Shown here: positions 37,147 through 45,599 of the stretch, piece by piece
How the letters are laid out: each line of letters begins with the position of its first letter
How positions within the stretch are numbered: the first letter of the stretch is position 1
From: Candidatus Onthoplasma sp.
Lineage (GTDB): Bacteria > Bacillota > Clostridia > Christensenellales > UBA1242
Reading direction: 5' to 3'
Assembly: GCA_050874685.1 (NCBI GenBank)
Contig: JBNMLD010000001.1
Span: 1-51,991 of the forward strand
DNA length: 51,991 nucleotides
Notes under the pieces: generated by a model
What the model saw: the letters and a program-made list of their open reading frames with translations, nothing else
Told to the model about the DNA's origin: nothing
The model's database searches: none
Position numbers and translations under genes: made by a program

Positions 37147-38010
37147 ATGGGCATATTTAAACGATTTTTTGAAAAACTTAAATACACATTTAAACGCACA
37201 GAATTGAACGATGAATTTTACGATGAGTTGGAATCAATCCTTGTTTCAAGTGATATGGGCGTTGAAACAGCCATGGATATTATGGACGAACTTCGCATTG
37301 TGTGCAAGCAAAAGTTAATAAAAGAAACTGACCGAGCAGAAAAAGAACTTAAAGAACTTTTAATTTCAAAATTAAACGCTCAAAAAGTTGAATTTAAATA
37401 TCCTTTGATTATCACTGTTGTTGGCGTGAATGGTGTTGGCAAAACAACAACAATTGCTAAAATGACAAAATATTTTCAGTCACAAAAAAAGTCTGTTTTG
37501 CTGGCGGCAGGGGACACTTTCCGTGCAGCAGCCACTGAACAACTAAATATGTGGGCTGATAGGTTAAAAACAAAGATAGTAAAACAGTGCGAAGGCGCAG
37601 ACAGTGCATCAGTTGTTTTTGATGCAATCACAAGCATGAAAGCAAAAAACACAGACGTGCTTATTGTTGACACTGCGGGCAGACTTCACACAAAAACCAA
37701 CCTTATGAAAGAGTTGGAAAAAATAAACACAATTGTCAATCGTGAGTATCCAGAGGCTCACAAACTAAATTTGATTGTGCTTGATGCGTCAATTGGTCAA
37801 AATTCAATTGCTCAAGTAAAAGCATTTAAAGATAGTGTCAACATTGACGGCATTGTGCTTACAAAACTTGATGGTACGGCAAAAGGTGGTGTGGTTTATC
37901 CAATTATCAACGATTTGCAAGTGCCAATAATTTTCACAGGTTTTGGCGAAGGTGTTGACGATTTGGCAGTGTTTGATGCTGAGAACTTTGTAAACAAAAT
38001 ATTGATGTAG
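37147..38010 (+). CDS. ftsY: signal recognition particle receptor FtsY
   Basis: Start moved to ATG 37147. GVNGVGKTTT, DTAGRLH, TKLDGTAKGG. Confidence 0.9.
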   Translation: MGIFKRFFEKLKYTFKRTELNDEFYDELESILVSSDMGVETAMDIMDELRIVCKQKLIKETDRAEKELKELLISKLNAQKVEFKYPLIITVVGVNGVGKTTTIAKMTKYFQSQKKSVLLAAGDTFRAAATEQLNMWADRLKTKIVKQCEGADSASVVFDAITSMKAKNTDVLIVDTAGRLHTKTNLMKELEKINTIVNREYPEAHKLNLIVLDASIGQNSIAQVKAFKDSVNIDGIVLTKLDGTAKGGVVYPIINDLQVPIIFTGFGEGVDDLAVFDAENFVNKILM

Positions 38011-38015
38011 GGCTT

Positions 38016-38336
38016 ATGAATATTGAAGAAAGGGTTAAAATTGCAGTTTTAGTTAAGTATTATGGCAAGTTATTGACAGCAAAACAGCGAGACATTGTTG
38101 CGATGTATGTTGATAATAATCTTTCATTTGCAGAGGTTAGTGAAGAGTTAAATATATCACGTCAAGCAGTAAAAGATGCTTTAGATAGTGCTTTAAATTC
38201 GCTTGAAAAATACGAAAATGAACTAAAATTTATTGCTAGAGATGAAAAATTAAAGCAACTTATAGAAAACAAATCACTTGCAAACATAGATATGGCAACA
38301 AGGTTTGAAATTCTTGGTATTTTGGAGGATAACTAA
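38016..38336 (+). CDS. ylxM: YlxM/UPF0122 putative DNA-binding protein (sigma-70 region-4-like HTH)
   Basis: About 106 aa with LSFAEVSEELNISRQAV HTH, directly upstream of ffh as in B. subtilis. Confidence 0.8.
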   Translation: MNIEERVKIAVLVKYYGKLLTAKQRDIVAMYVDNNLSFAEVSEELNISRQAVKDALDSALNSLEKYENELKFIARDEKLKQLIENKSLANIDMATRFEILGILEDN

Positions 38337-39688
38337 TGGGATTTTTTCAAAGTTTGAGTGATAGGCTCAATCATATTTTCAGCAAAATGACAAAGCATGG
38401 CAAATTGACACAGTTAGAAATCAAAGAAGCCATGAGAGAAATCCGTATAGCACTTTTGGAAGCAGACGTAAATTATTCGGTTGCTAAAGATTTTTGCGCA
38501 CGTGTTAGCGAAAAAGCTTTAGGCGAAGAAATTTTAAAAAGTCTTACACCAACACAACAAGTTGTTAAAATTGTTAGGGACGAATTGACAACCCTTATGG
38601 GTGGGGAAAACCAAAAATTAGCGGTTGCACCAAAGCCTCCAACAGTGATAATGATGTGCGGTTTGCAAGGTAGTGGTAAAACAACAATGTGTGGCAAACT
38701 TGCGCTTAAACTTAAAAAAGAAGGCAAAAAACCACTTTTGGTTGCATGTGACATATATCGTCCAGCAGCGATTGACCAACTTAAAGTTTTGGGTAAATCA
38801 ATTCAAATTGATGTGTTTAAACGTGGCACGCAAAACCCAACAAAAACAGTTAAAGAAGCCATTGCTTATGCAGAAAAATTTGCACTGGACACAGTTATTG
38901 TCGATACAGCAGGTCGTTTGCAAATTGACGAAAAGTTGATGGACGAATTAAAAGATATAAAAAAGGCTGTAAATCCAACAGAAATTTTGCTTGTTATTGA
39001 TAGCATGATTGGTCAAGAAGCGGTTTCTGTTTCAACCGCATTTAATGATGCCCTTGATGTTACAGGTGTTGTGCTTACAAAAACTGATGGCGACACACGT
39101 GGCGGTGCTGCACTTTCAATTCGTTCAGTTATTGGCAAACCTATTAAATTTGTTGGTGTGGGCGAGAAATTAACAGACCTTGAGCCATTTTATCCAGACC
39201 GTATGGCAAGCAGAATTTTGGGCATGGGCGATGTGCTTACTTTGATTGATAAAGCACAAGAAGCAGTTGATGAAAAAACAGCACAAGAAATGGAACGTAA
39301 ATTCCGTGAAAATAGTTTTGACTTCAATGATTATATTGCACAATTGGATTCACTTAAAAAAATGGGCGGTTTGAAATCTGTTTTAGGAATGATGCCTGGC
39401 ATGGGCGGTAAACTTCGAGACCTTGAAAACCAAATTGATGAAAAACAACTTGAAAAAAACAAAGCAATAATTCAATCAATGACAGATAAAGAACGCCAAA
39501 ATCCAGATATTATCAACGGAAGCCGCCGTCAACGTATTGCAAAGGGTGCAGGTGTGCAGGTCAGTGATGTAAATCAACTTATCAAACAATTCAATCAATC
39601 TAAAGAAATGATGAAGATGTTAAAAAATCCGAAGGCATACGGTGGCAAAATGGCAATGATGAAAAAACTTATGGGCGGACAATTTTAA
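38336..39688 (+). CDS. ffh: signal recognition particle protein Ffh
   Basis: GLQGSGKTT, DTAGRLQ, TKTDGDTRGGAALS, Met-rich M domain. Confidence 0.95.
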   Translation: MGFFQSLSDRLNHIFSKMTKHGKLTQLEIKEAMREIRIALLEADVNYSVAKDFCARVSEKALGEEILKSLTPTQQVVKIVRDELTTLMGGENQKLAVAPKPPTVIMMCGLQGSGKTTMCGKLALKLKKEGKKPLLVACDIYRPAAIDQLKVLGKSIQIDVFKRGTQNPTKTVKEAIAYAEKFALDTVIVDTAGRLQIDEKLMDELKDIKKAVNPTEILLVIDSMIGQEAVSVSTAFNDALDVTGVVLTKTDGDTRGGAALSIRSVIGKPIKFVGVGEKLTDLEPFYPDRMASRILGMGDVLTLIDKAQEAVDEKTAQEMERKFRENSFDFNDYIAQLDSLKKMGGLKSVLGMMPGMGGKLRDLENQIDEKQLEKNKAIIQSMTDKERQNPDIINGSRRQRIAKGAGVQVSDVNQLIKQFNQSKEMMKMLKNPKAYGGKMAMMKKLMGGQF

Positions 39689-39727
39689 ACTTATTTCATT
39701 TTCAATTTAAAAATTTAAAAAATACGC

Positions 39728-39756
39728 TTGACATACATTCAAAAGTGTGTTAAAGT
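39728..39756 (+). promoter_or_regulatory. candidate promoter of rpsP
   Basis: TTGACA, 17 nt, TAAAGT, with TGt extended -10. Confidence 0.55.
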
Positions 39757-39811
39757 GTAAAGTGAAATTACTTTACAGGTAACAAAGTAAATTAACAAAA
39801 GGAGAATAAAA

Positions 39812-40105
39812 ATGTCAGTTAAAATTAGATTAACTCGTTTGGGCGACAAAAAATCACCTTTCTACCGTGTTGTTGTTGCTGATGCTTGTGTTGCTCGTGA
39901 TGGTAAATATATCGAACAAATCGGTACTTACAATCCACTTGCTAACCCAGCTGAAATCAAAATCAATAACGAACTCGCTACAAAATGGTTAAAAAATGGT
40001 GCTGAACCAACTGAAACAACTCGCACATTGCTTCAAAGAGTAGGCGTTTTGGAAGTTAAAGGCAACAGCGCACCTAAAACTAATAACAAGAAAAAGAAAG
40101 CATAA
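39812..40105 (+). CDS. rpsP: 30S ribosomal protein S16
   Basis: [24 protein letters not shown]. Confidence 0.95.
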   Translation: MSVKIRLTRLGDKKSPFYRVVVADACVARDGKYIEQIGTYNPLANPAEIKINNELATKWLKNGAEPTETTRTLLQRVGVLEVKGNSAPKTNNKKKKA

Positions 40106-40115
40106 GGAGTAGGCT

Positions 40116-40349
40116 ATGCAAGAAATGTTAGAATACATTGTTAAAAATCTTGTGTCTAATCCTGATGCTGTTGAAATCACAGCAGAAAACCAAGGCAAGA
40201 CCAAGGTTTACAAAGTTAAGGTTGATAGCAAGGATTTAGGTTCTGTTATCGGTCGAGGTGGCTGTATTGCAAATGCAATTCGCACTGTGGTTAAATCAAC
40301 TGCTGGCGAACATGCACGTGTTGTTGTTAAGTTTGATGAAAAAGCTTAA
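40116..40349 (+). CDS. khpA: KH-domain RNA-binding protein (YlqC/KhpA)
   Basis: 77 aa with GSVIGRGG GXXG loop, between rpsP and rimM. Confidence 0.85.
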   Translation: MQEMLEYIVKNLVSNPDAVEITAENQGKTKVYKVKVDSKDLGSVIGRGGCIANAIRTVVKSTAGEHARVVVKFDEKA

Positions 40350-40372
40350 CCAAGTTTATGCTTTACAACTTT

Positions 40373-40399
40373 AAATGCGAGATTTTTCTCGCATTTTTT
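40373..40399 (+). terminator. terminator after khpA
   Basis: ATGCGAG / CTCGCAT stem followed by a T-run. Confidence 0.7.
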
Positions 40400-40482
40400 G
40401 TTTTAACAATTGAAATGCCCAAAAAGCACTTTATAATCTACTTGCAATTAAGAAAAATTTTCATCAAAACAATTTAATTGAT

Positions 40483-40510
40483 TTGAATAGAATGAGCAAT
40501 TTGTTATAAT
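40483..40510 (+). promoter_or_regulatory. candidate promoter of rimM-trmD
   Basis: TTGAAT, 16 nt, TATAAT, with TGt extended -10. Confidence 0.5.
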
Positions 40511-40545
40511 GTTATAAGATTTGAAATCTTTATTAAGGAATTAAA

Positions 40546-41046
40546 ATGGAAAAAAATTTATTAGAAATCGGCAAAATAGTACGTCCACATGGCATTAAAG
40601 GGGCTGTCAAGGTTGTGAAATATCTTGATGTCAATTTTTCACATTTTACAAAGGTGTATGTAGGGCAAAAGTTGTTGGTTGGAGAAATTAAAGCAGTATC
40701 CAATTTAAACAACGATGCTTGTGCGTTGACTATCGATATTATCAAAGATTGTGAAACCGCTGAAAAATTTAGAAATCAATCAATTTACATTGACCGCAAT
40801 GACTATGCTGAATTTAAAGATAAACTTTATATGAGCGACTTGCTAAATAAAGATGTTTTGGACACTTCAGGCAAGAAACTTGGAGAAATGGTTGATTTTG
40901 ATGATTATGGAGCAAGCACAATTTTAACCATTAAGTGCGGAGCGGTAAGTTATCAAATCCCTTATGTTGAAGATATCATCAGTTTCAATAGGGATTTAGG
41001 CGCATTTATTGTTGATGAACAGACCTTTAAGGATATGAGAATATGA
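40546..41046 (+). CDS. rimM: 16S rRNA processing protein RimM
   Basis: IGKIVRPHGIKG N-terminus with PRC-barrel-like C-terminus. The TGA stop overlaps the trmD ATG. Confidence 0.85.
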   Translation: MEKNLLEIGKIVRPHGIKGAVKVVKYLDVNFSHFTKVYVGQKLLVGEIKAVSNLNNDACALTIDIIKDCETAEKFRNQSIYIDRNDYAEFKDKLYMSDLLNKDVLDTSGKKLGEMVDFDDYGASTILTIKCGAVSYQIPYVEDIISFNRDLGAFIVDEQTFKDMRI

Positions 41047-41774
41047 AAATAGACATTTTAACATTGTTCCCTGAAATGTTTGCACCGTTAAAGGAAAGTA
41101 TAATTAAAAGGGCAGTTGAAGATAATAAAATCGAAATAAATATAACAAATATACGAGATTATGCGCTTCCACCACATTTCAAATGTGATGATATGCCTTT
41201 TGGTGGTGGTGCTGGCATGGTTATGATGTGTGAACCACTTTTCAAGGCGATAGAAGCGGTTAAAACTGACAATTGCACAATTTTTTACATGTCCCCACGT
41301 GGCAAAGTGTTCAATCAACCTATGGCAAGGGAACTTGCAAAAAGCGAGCACTTAATTTTAATTTGTGGGCATTATGAAGGTGTTGACCAACGGGTGCTTG
41401 ATTACTTTAATATACAAGAACTTTCAATTGGCGATTTTGTTTTAACTGGTGGCGAGTTGCCAGCAATGGTTGTTGCTGATGCTGTCATTAGGTTGTTGCC
41501 AGGTGTTATAAGTGCTGATAGCACGGTTGAAGAAAGTTTTAGTGAATCGCAAATAGAAACAATTTCAAAAGACGCAAGGGGCAAAAAGACAAAAACAACC
41601 AAAACAATGACTTTGCTTGAATATAATCAATATACAAGACCTGCAGATTTTAATGGCTTAAAAGTTCCAGAAGTGTTGCTTTCTGGCAATCATAAAAAGA
41701 TAGCGGAATTTAGGCAAAAGCAGGCAATTGAAATAACAAAGGCAAACAGACCAGATTTGATAAAAAAGCAATAA
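41043..41774 (+). CDS. trmD: tRNA (guanine37-N1)-methyltransferase TrmD
   Basis: ICGHYEGVDQRV, SIGDFVLTGGELPA, YTRPADF, LLSGNH. Carries a ~22-aa Lys/Thr-rich insertion in the inter-domain linker. Confidence 0.95.
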   Translation: MKIDILTLFPEMFAPLKESIIKRAVEDNKIEINITNIRDYALPPHFKCDDMPFGGGAGMVMMCEPLFKAIEAVKTDNCTIFYMSPRGKVFNQPMARELAKSEHLILICGHYEGVDQRVLDYFNIQELSIGDFVLTGGELPAMVVADAVIRLLPGVISADSTVEESFSESQIETISKDARGKKTKTTKTMTLLEYNQYTRPADFNGLKVPEVLLSGNHKKIAEFRQKQAIEITKANRPDLIKKQ

Positions 41775-41829
41775 AAACAGTCAAAATTTTAAATTTACAA
41801 TTAATAACAATTTAGTATAAGGAGAAAAC

Positions 41830-42663
41830 ATGATTAATTGGTTTCCTGGGCACATGAATAAGACATTAAAACAAATGCAAACAGATAGCAAACTTTGCAA
41901 TTGTTTTGTTTATATTTTAGACGCAAGATGCCCAACAAGTTGCATTAACCCAGAATTTGTTAAAGTTATAAAAGGCAAGCCAATCATTTATGTTTTGAAT
42001 AAAGCAGATTTGGTTTCTTCAGCCGACATAGACAGGTTTAAGGCATATTTTAGTGCACAAGGTGCAGAGTGTGTGAGCTTGAATGCAACAGTTAGTGGCA
42101 ATGCAAAAATCATTGTAAGTGCAATCAAAAAGGTATTCAAAGACCAACTTGAACAAAACAAATCACGTGGCGTAAACTTTATCACAAGGGCAATGGTTTT
42201 GGGTGTGCCTAATAGCGGAAAATCAACTATTGCAAACAACTTGTGTGGTCAAGGCAGAGCGGTAACAGGCAACAAAGCAGGCGTGACAAGAAGCAAACAA
42301 TGGATAAAAGTTGATGCAAACATTGAATTTATGGACACTCCTGGTGTGCTTTTGCCAACCTTTGAAGATGATGCAAAGGCTTATAATTTAGCATTTGTCG
42401 GCTCTGTTCGAGATGATGTTATCAATATTGTTGATGTTGCTTGCAAACTTATTGCAAGGTTAATGCAAATAGATGAAAAAATTCTATCAACAAAATACAG
42501 TGTTGATATAGCGAATTATACACATGATATTGAGTTGTTGGAACGTATCGGTAAAAAGCGTGGTTGCATGATAAAAGGTGGCGAAATAGATACAGAACGC
42601 ACTGCTAAAATTTTGTTGACAGATTTTAGAGCCGGCAAATTAGGTAAAATTTGCTTAGAGTAA
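41830..42663 (+). CDS. rbgA: ribosome biogenesis GTPase A (YlqF/RbgA)
   Basis: WFPGHM, circularly permuted G motifs NKADL then GVPNSGKST. Confidence 0.9.
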   Translation: MINWFPGHMNKTLKQMQTDSKLCNCFVYILDARCPTSCINPEFVKVIKGKPIIYVLNKADLVSSADIDRFKAYFSAQGAECVSLNATVSGNAKIIVSAIKKVFKDQLEQNKSRGVNFITRAMVLGVPNSGKSTIANNLCGQGRAVTGNKAGVTRSKQWIKVDANIEFMDTPGVLLPTFEDDAKAYNLAFVGSVRDDVINIVDVACKLIARLMQIDEKILSTKYSVDIANYTHDIELLERIGKKRGCMIKGGEIDTERTAKILLTDFRAGKLGKICLE

Positions 42664-42673
42664 CGGGGCATAG

Positions 42674-43324
42674 ATGATAAATACAAAAGAAATTTTTGAT
42701 TTTGACAAACAGTTTTTAAATGAAGATGTTAAATTCATTGCAGGCATCGACGAGGTGGGACGTGGTCCGCTAGCAGGTCCGGTTGTGACGGCATGTGTGG
42801 TTATGCCTTATGATGAAATGATAGACGGTGTTTTTGACAGCAAAAAAGTAAGTGCAAAAAATAGGGCAAGGCTTTATAATGAGATTTTAGAAAAAGCAAT
42901 TTCGGTTTCAGTAAGTTTGGCAGATAATTTGCGCATAGATGACATCAATATTTTAAATGCAACCAAAGAGTGTATGACTGATTGCTTTAAGCATAGCAAA
43001 GTTAAGCCAGACTTGTTGATGATTGATGCTGTCAAATTAAACATTTGTGAAAATGAAAAGTCAATTATAAAAGGTGATGCAACAAGTTATGCAATTGCTT
43101 GTGCAAGCATAATTGCTAAGGTTTATAGGGATAAATTAATGCTTGATTATGCAAAGCAGTATCCACAATACGACTTTGAACACAATGTTGGTTATGGAAC
43201 AAAAAAACATGTGGAAGCGATTAAGCAAAATGGTATAACACCTATCCATAGATTAAGTTTTTTGGGCAATATTTTAGGAGAAGAACAGTGCAAAAAAATA
43301 CGTTTGGCAAGGTTGGGGAAATAA
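42674..43324 (+). CDS. rnhB: ribonuclease HII
   Basis: GIDEVGRGPLAGPVV. Confidence 0.95.
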   Translation: MINTKEIFDFDKQFLNEDVKFIAGIDEVGRGPLAGPVVTACVVMPYDEMIDGVFDSKKVSAKNRARLYNEILEKAISVSVSLADNLRIDDINILNATKECMTDCFKHSKVKPDLLMIDAVKLNICENEKSIIKGDATSYAIACASIIAKVYRDKLMLDYAKQYPQYDFEHNVGYGTKKHVEAIKQNGITPIHRLSFLGNILGEEQCKKIRLARLGK

Positions 43325-43638
43325 TTGCAACAAATTTTTTAAAATCAAAAGGTTACAAAATTGTAGCAAACAATTATAAGAACTCAATTGGTGAAATTGA
43401 CATCATTGCAAAAGATAACGATTATTTGGTTTTTGTTGAAGTAAAAACACGTTTATCGTCAGCATTTGGTGACCCTGCTGAAGCGGTAAATAATATAAAA
43501 CAACACAAAATAAGGCAAGTTGCAACATCTTATTTAAAACAACATAAGCAACTTGAAACAAATTGTAGATTTGATGTTATTTCAATTATTGGCAGTGTTG
43601 AAAACCACACAATTAGGCAGATAGAAAATGCTTTTTAA
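43288..43638 (+). CDS. yraN: YraN-family (UPF0102) endonuclease-like protein
   Basis: GTG start after AGGAG. GEIDIIA and FVEVKTR motifs. Confidence 0.85.
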   Translation: MQKNTFGKVGEIIATNFLKSKGYKIVANNYKNSIGEIDIIAKDNDYLVFVEVKTRLSSAFGDPAEAVNNIKQHKIRQVATSYLKQHKQLETNCRFDVISIIGSVENHTIRQIENAF

Positions 43639-43654
43639 AAAAGGAGAATTTGGT

Positions 43655-43861
43655 ATGAAGTGGTTATTTTTAGTTGTATCATTGCTTTGCCTTTTAGCTG
43701 GATTTTTGCACATACCAATTTTGTCATGGTGTGGGGTAGATGTTTTTGCTTTGCGAGGGATATTAATTTTCACCTGTTTGCCAGTGATTGCTGTTTCAGC
43801 AATACCACTTGCAATATTTTTAAACAAATATTGTTTTAAAAAAAATTCAAATAAAAAGTAG
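43655..43861 (+). CDS. small hypothetical membrane protein (68 aa, 2 TM)
   Basis: Start moved to ATG 43655 (AAGGAG RBS). Two hydrophobic helices. Confidence 0.5.
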   Translation: MKWLFLVVSLLCLLAGFLHIPILSWCGVDVFALRGILIFTCLPVIAVSAIPLAIFLNKYCFKKNSNKK

Positions 43862-43928
43862 TAATCAGTTTTTCACTTATTGACTGATGATATAATATAT
43901 GTTAACATACATATTAATAGGAGAAATT

Positions 43929-44414
43929 ATGTTTAGTTGTAAAACCAAAATGACAGAAAAAGTTGCAAATGAATTGTTGCGTCCTTTATTAATTCTTGCC
44001 ATTGTTTTAACATCGGTGGGTGGTGCTGGATTGTTAATCTTATCAATATTGCTTGTTTTCACAGGTTATTTAAACAGATACTTATATTTATTGACAACAT
44101 TAATGCTCGTGCTTGGTATCGCTTACTTTATATTGTTGGCGTATGGCAAACATAACAATAAAAAGATAATGGAAGAAGAGACGATTTATGAATTTTATGA
44201 TTTGTATTTCACTTTAAAATCATTTAACAAGGGTGAGGAAATCGCTTCTGGCAAAGCATATTATAAAGATATGTACAGGGTTAGAGAAACCGCTTCATAT
44301 ATATTTGTTTATCCAAACAAAGCAATAGCATATCCAATTGATAAATCAGAGTTGTCTGCTGAAAATTTGGCTCATTTGCGCATGATTTTTAAACTTCCAA
44401 TTCCTAAAATGTAA
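43929..44414 (+). CDS. hypothetical membrane protein, possibly YcxB-like
   Basis: Start moved to ATG 43929 (AGGAG RBS, TGATATAAT extended -10 upstream). Two central TM helices plus a C-terminal segment reminiscent of YcxB-like proteins (from memory only). Confidence 0.45.
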   Translation: MFSCKTKMTEKVANELLRPLLILAIVLTSVGGAGLLILSILLVFTGYLNRYLYLLTTLMLVLGIAYFILLAYGKHNNKKIMEEETIYEFYDLYFTLKSFNKGEEIASGKAYYKDMYRVRETASYIFVYPNKAIAYPIDKSELSAENLAHLRMIFKLPIPKM

Positions 44415-44507
44415 TTAGAAAATAGAAAAAATACAAACTTTAAGAGTAATATTAAACATAATTTTGCTAGAAAATAAAAATTATTTTTACAATTTTAGCA
44501 AAAACAC

Positions 44508-44536
44508 TTGAAAGTTTGTTTTTTTTGTGTTATTAT
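44508..44536 (+). promoter_or_regulatory. candidate promoter of rplS
   Basis: TTGAAA (44508-44513), 17 nt, TATTAT (44531-44536), with TGt extended -10. Confidence 0.55.
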
Positions 44537-44542
44537 ATTCAA

Positions 44543-44597
44543 GTTGTTGACGGTCCACTACCGACCAAGGCAAGAACGTCAAATTTAGGAGGTAACT
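44543..44597 (+). promoter_or_regulatory. rplS 5' leader with hairpin (possible L19 autoregulatory leader)
   Basis: TTGACG (44547-44552) / CGTCAA (44577-44582) enclosing an inner GGTC...GACC stem, just before the AGGAGG RBS. An L19 leader motif is known in Firmicutes, but I cannot verify a match to its consensus. Confidence 0.35.
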
Positions 44598-44942
44598 ATG
44601 AACATTATCGACCAAATCGAGAAAGAGCAATTACGCAATGATATCACTCCTTTCAATATTGGTGACACTGTACGCGTTGACGTAAAGGTCAAAGAAGGTG
44701 ACAAAGAACGTATCCAAGCATACGAAGGCGTTGTAATTGCAAAAAAGGGCACAGGTGTGCGTGAAACTTTCACAGTTCGCCGTGTATCTTTTGGCATTGG
44801 TGTTGAAAGAACTTTCCCACTTCACAGTCCACGTATCAGCAAGATTGTGGTAACAAGAAAAGCAAAAGTTCGCCGTGCTAAAATCTATTATATTAGAAAT
44901 CTTTCAGGTAAAGCCGCAAAAGTTAAAGAAGACAAGAGATAA
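44598..44942 (+). CDS. rplS: 50S ribosomal protein L19
   Basis: [12 protein letters not shown]..., [25 protein letters not shown]. Confidence 0.95.
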   Translation: MNIIDQIEKEQLRNDITPFNIGDTVRVDVKVKEGDKERIQAYEGVVIAKKGTGVRETFTVRRVSFGIGVERTFPLHSPRISKIVVTRKAKVRRAKIYYIRNLSGKAAKVKEDKR

Positions 44943-44958
44943 TCTGTCTTCTTTTTTT
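44928..44958 (+). terminator. rplS terminator (overlaps the stop codon)
   Basis: GAAGACA (44928-44934) / TGTCTTC (44945-44951) followed by a T-run. Confidence 0.6.
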
Positions 44959-45012
44959 GCGCTTAAAACATCGCTGTGTCCAAAAATTGTTCATAAAGAT
45001 AAAGGAGAAAAA

Positions 45013-45507
45013 ATGGATATTAGTATCAAACAAGAAAATTTCAAATTTAAGGTCAGAACTTCAGGTTTAATCATTAACAACGGCAAGTTGTTAATCTGCA
45101 AATTGGACACATCAGAATTCTATTGTCTGCCAGGTGGGCATTGTCACATCAACGAAACAAGCCCAGAAGCTATCAAACGAGAAATAAAAGAAGAAACAGG
45201 TCTTGATGTAAAAATTGATTGTCTTTCAGCATTGCTTGAAAACATCTACTCAACAAAAAAAGCAAGAATGCATGAAATTAACTTTTTCTATAAATTAACA
45301 CCAACCAATTTGCCAAAAGAAAAACAAACTGATTGGAATTTTGTGGAACTTGATGAGGGTGAATATAAACATCAAGAATTTAAATGGATTGATATTAATG
45401 AATTTAACAATTATGACATTAGACCAAGCATAATAAAAGACTTGATACACAACAACAAATTACTGCATATTGAAATGGTGGACGATATTCCAACATTTTT
45501 GAATTAA
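45013..45507 (+). CDS. Nudix hydrolase
   Basis: Start moved to ATG 45013 (AAAGGAG RBS). Complete Nudix box GHCHINETSPEAIKREIKEETGL (GX5EX7REUXEEXGU). Confidence 0.85.
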   Translation: MDISIKQENFKFKVRTSGLIINNGKLLICKLDTSEFYCLPGGHCHINETSPEAIKREIKEETGLDVKIDCLSALLENIYSTKKARMHEINFFYKLTPTNLPKEKQTDWNFVELDEGEYKHQEFKWIDINEFNNYDIRPSIIKDLIHNNKLLHIEMVDDIPTFLN

Positions 45508-45599
45508 AATAACATTATTGTACAAATTAAAACATTTGTTCGACTTTTCGTTTGACTTATTGTCTTTTAAAGGTTATATTAGGTTTGAAAGGAGAAGAA

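Noticed and set aside
39751-39795. Repeated GTAAAG / ACTTTAC elements around the rpsP promoter that could form alternative hairpins.
   Set aside because: The first arm overlaps the -10 box and probably lies upstream of the transcription start. The remaining pairing is 5 bp of mostly A-U. This is too weak to call a regulatory leader.
41043-41046. Possibility of a Mollicutes-type code, with TGA read as Trp, given the reduced AT-rich genome.
   Set aside because: rimM ends at a TGA that overlaps the trmD ATG (ATGA) at a normal protein length. All housekeeping ORFs are full-length under the standard code.
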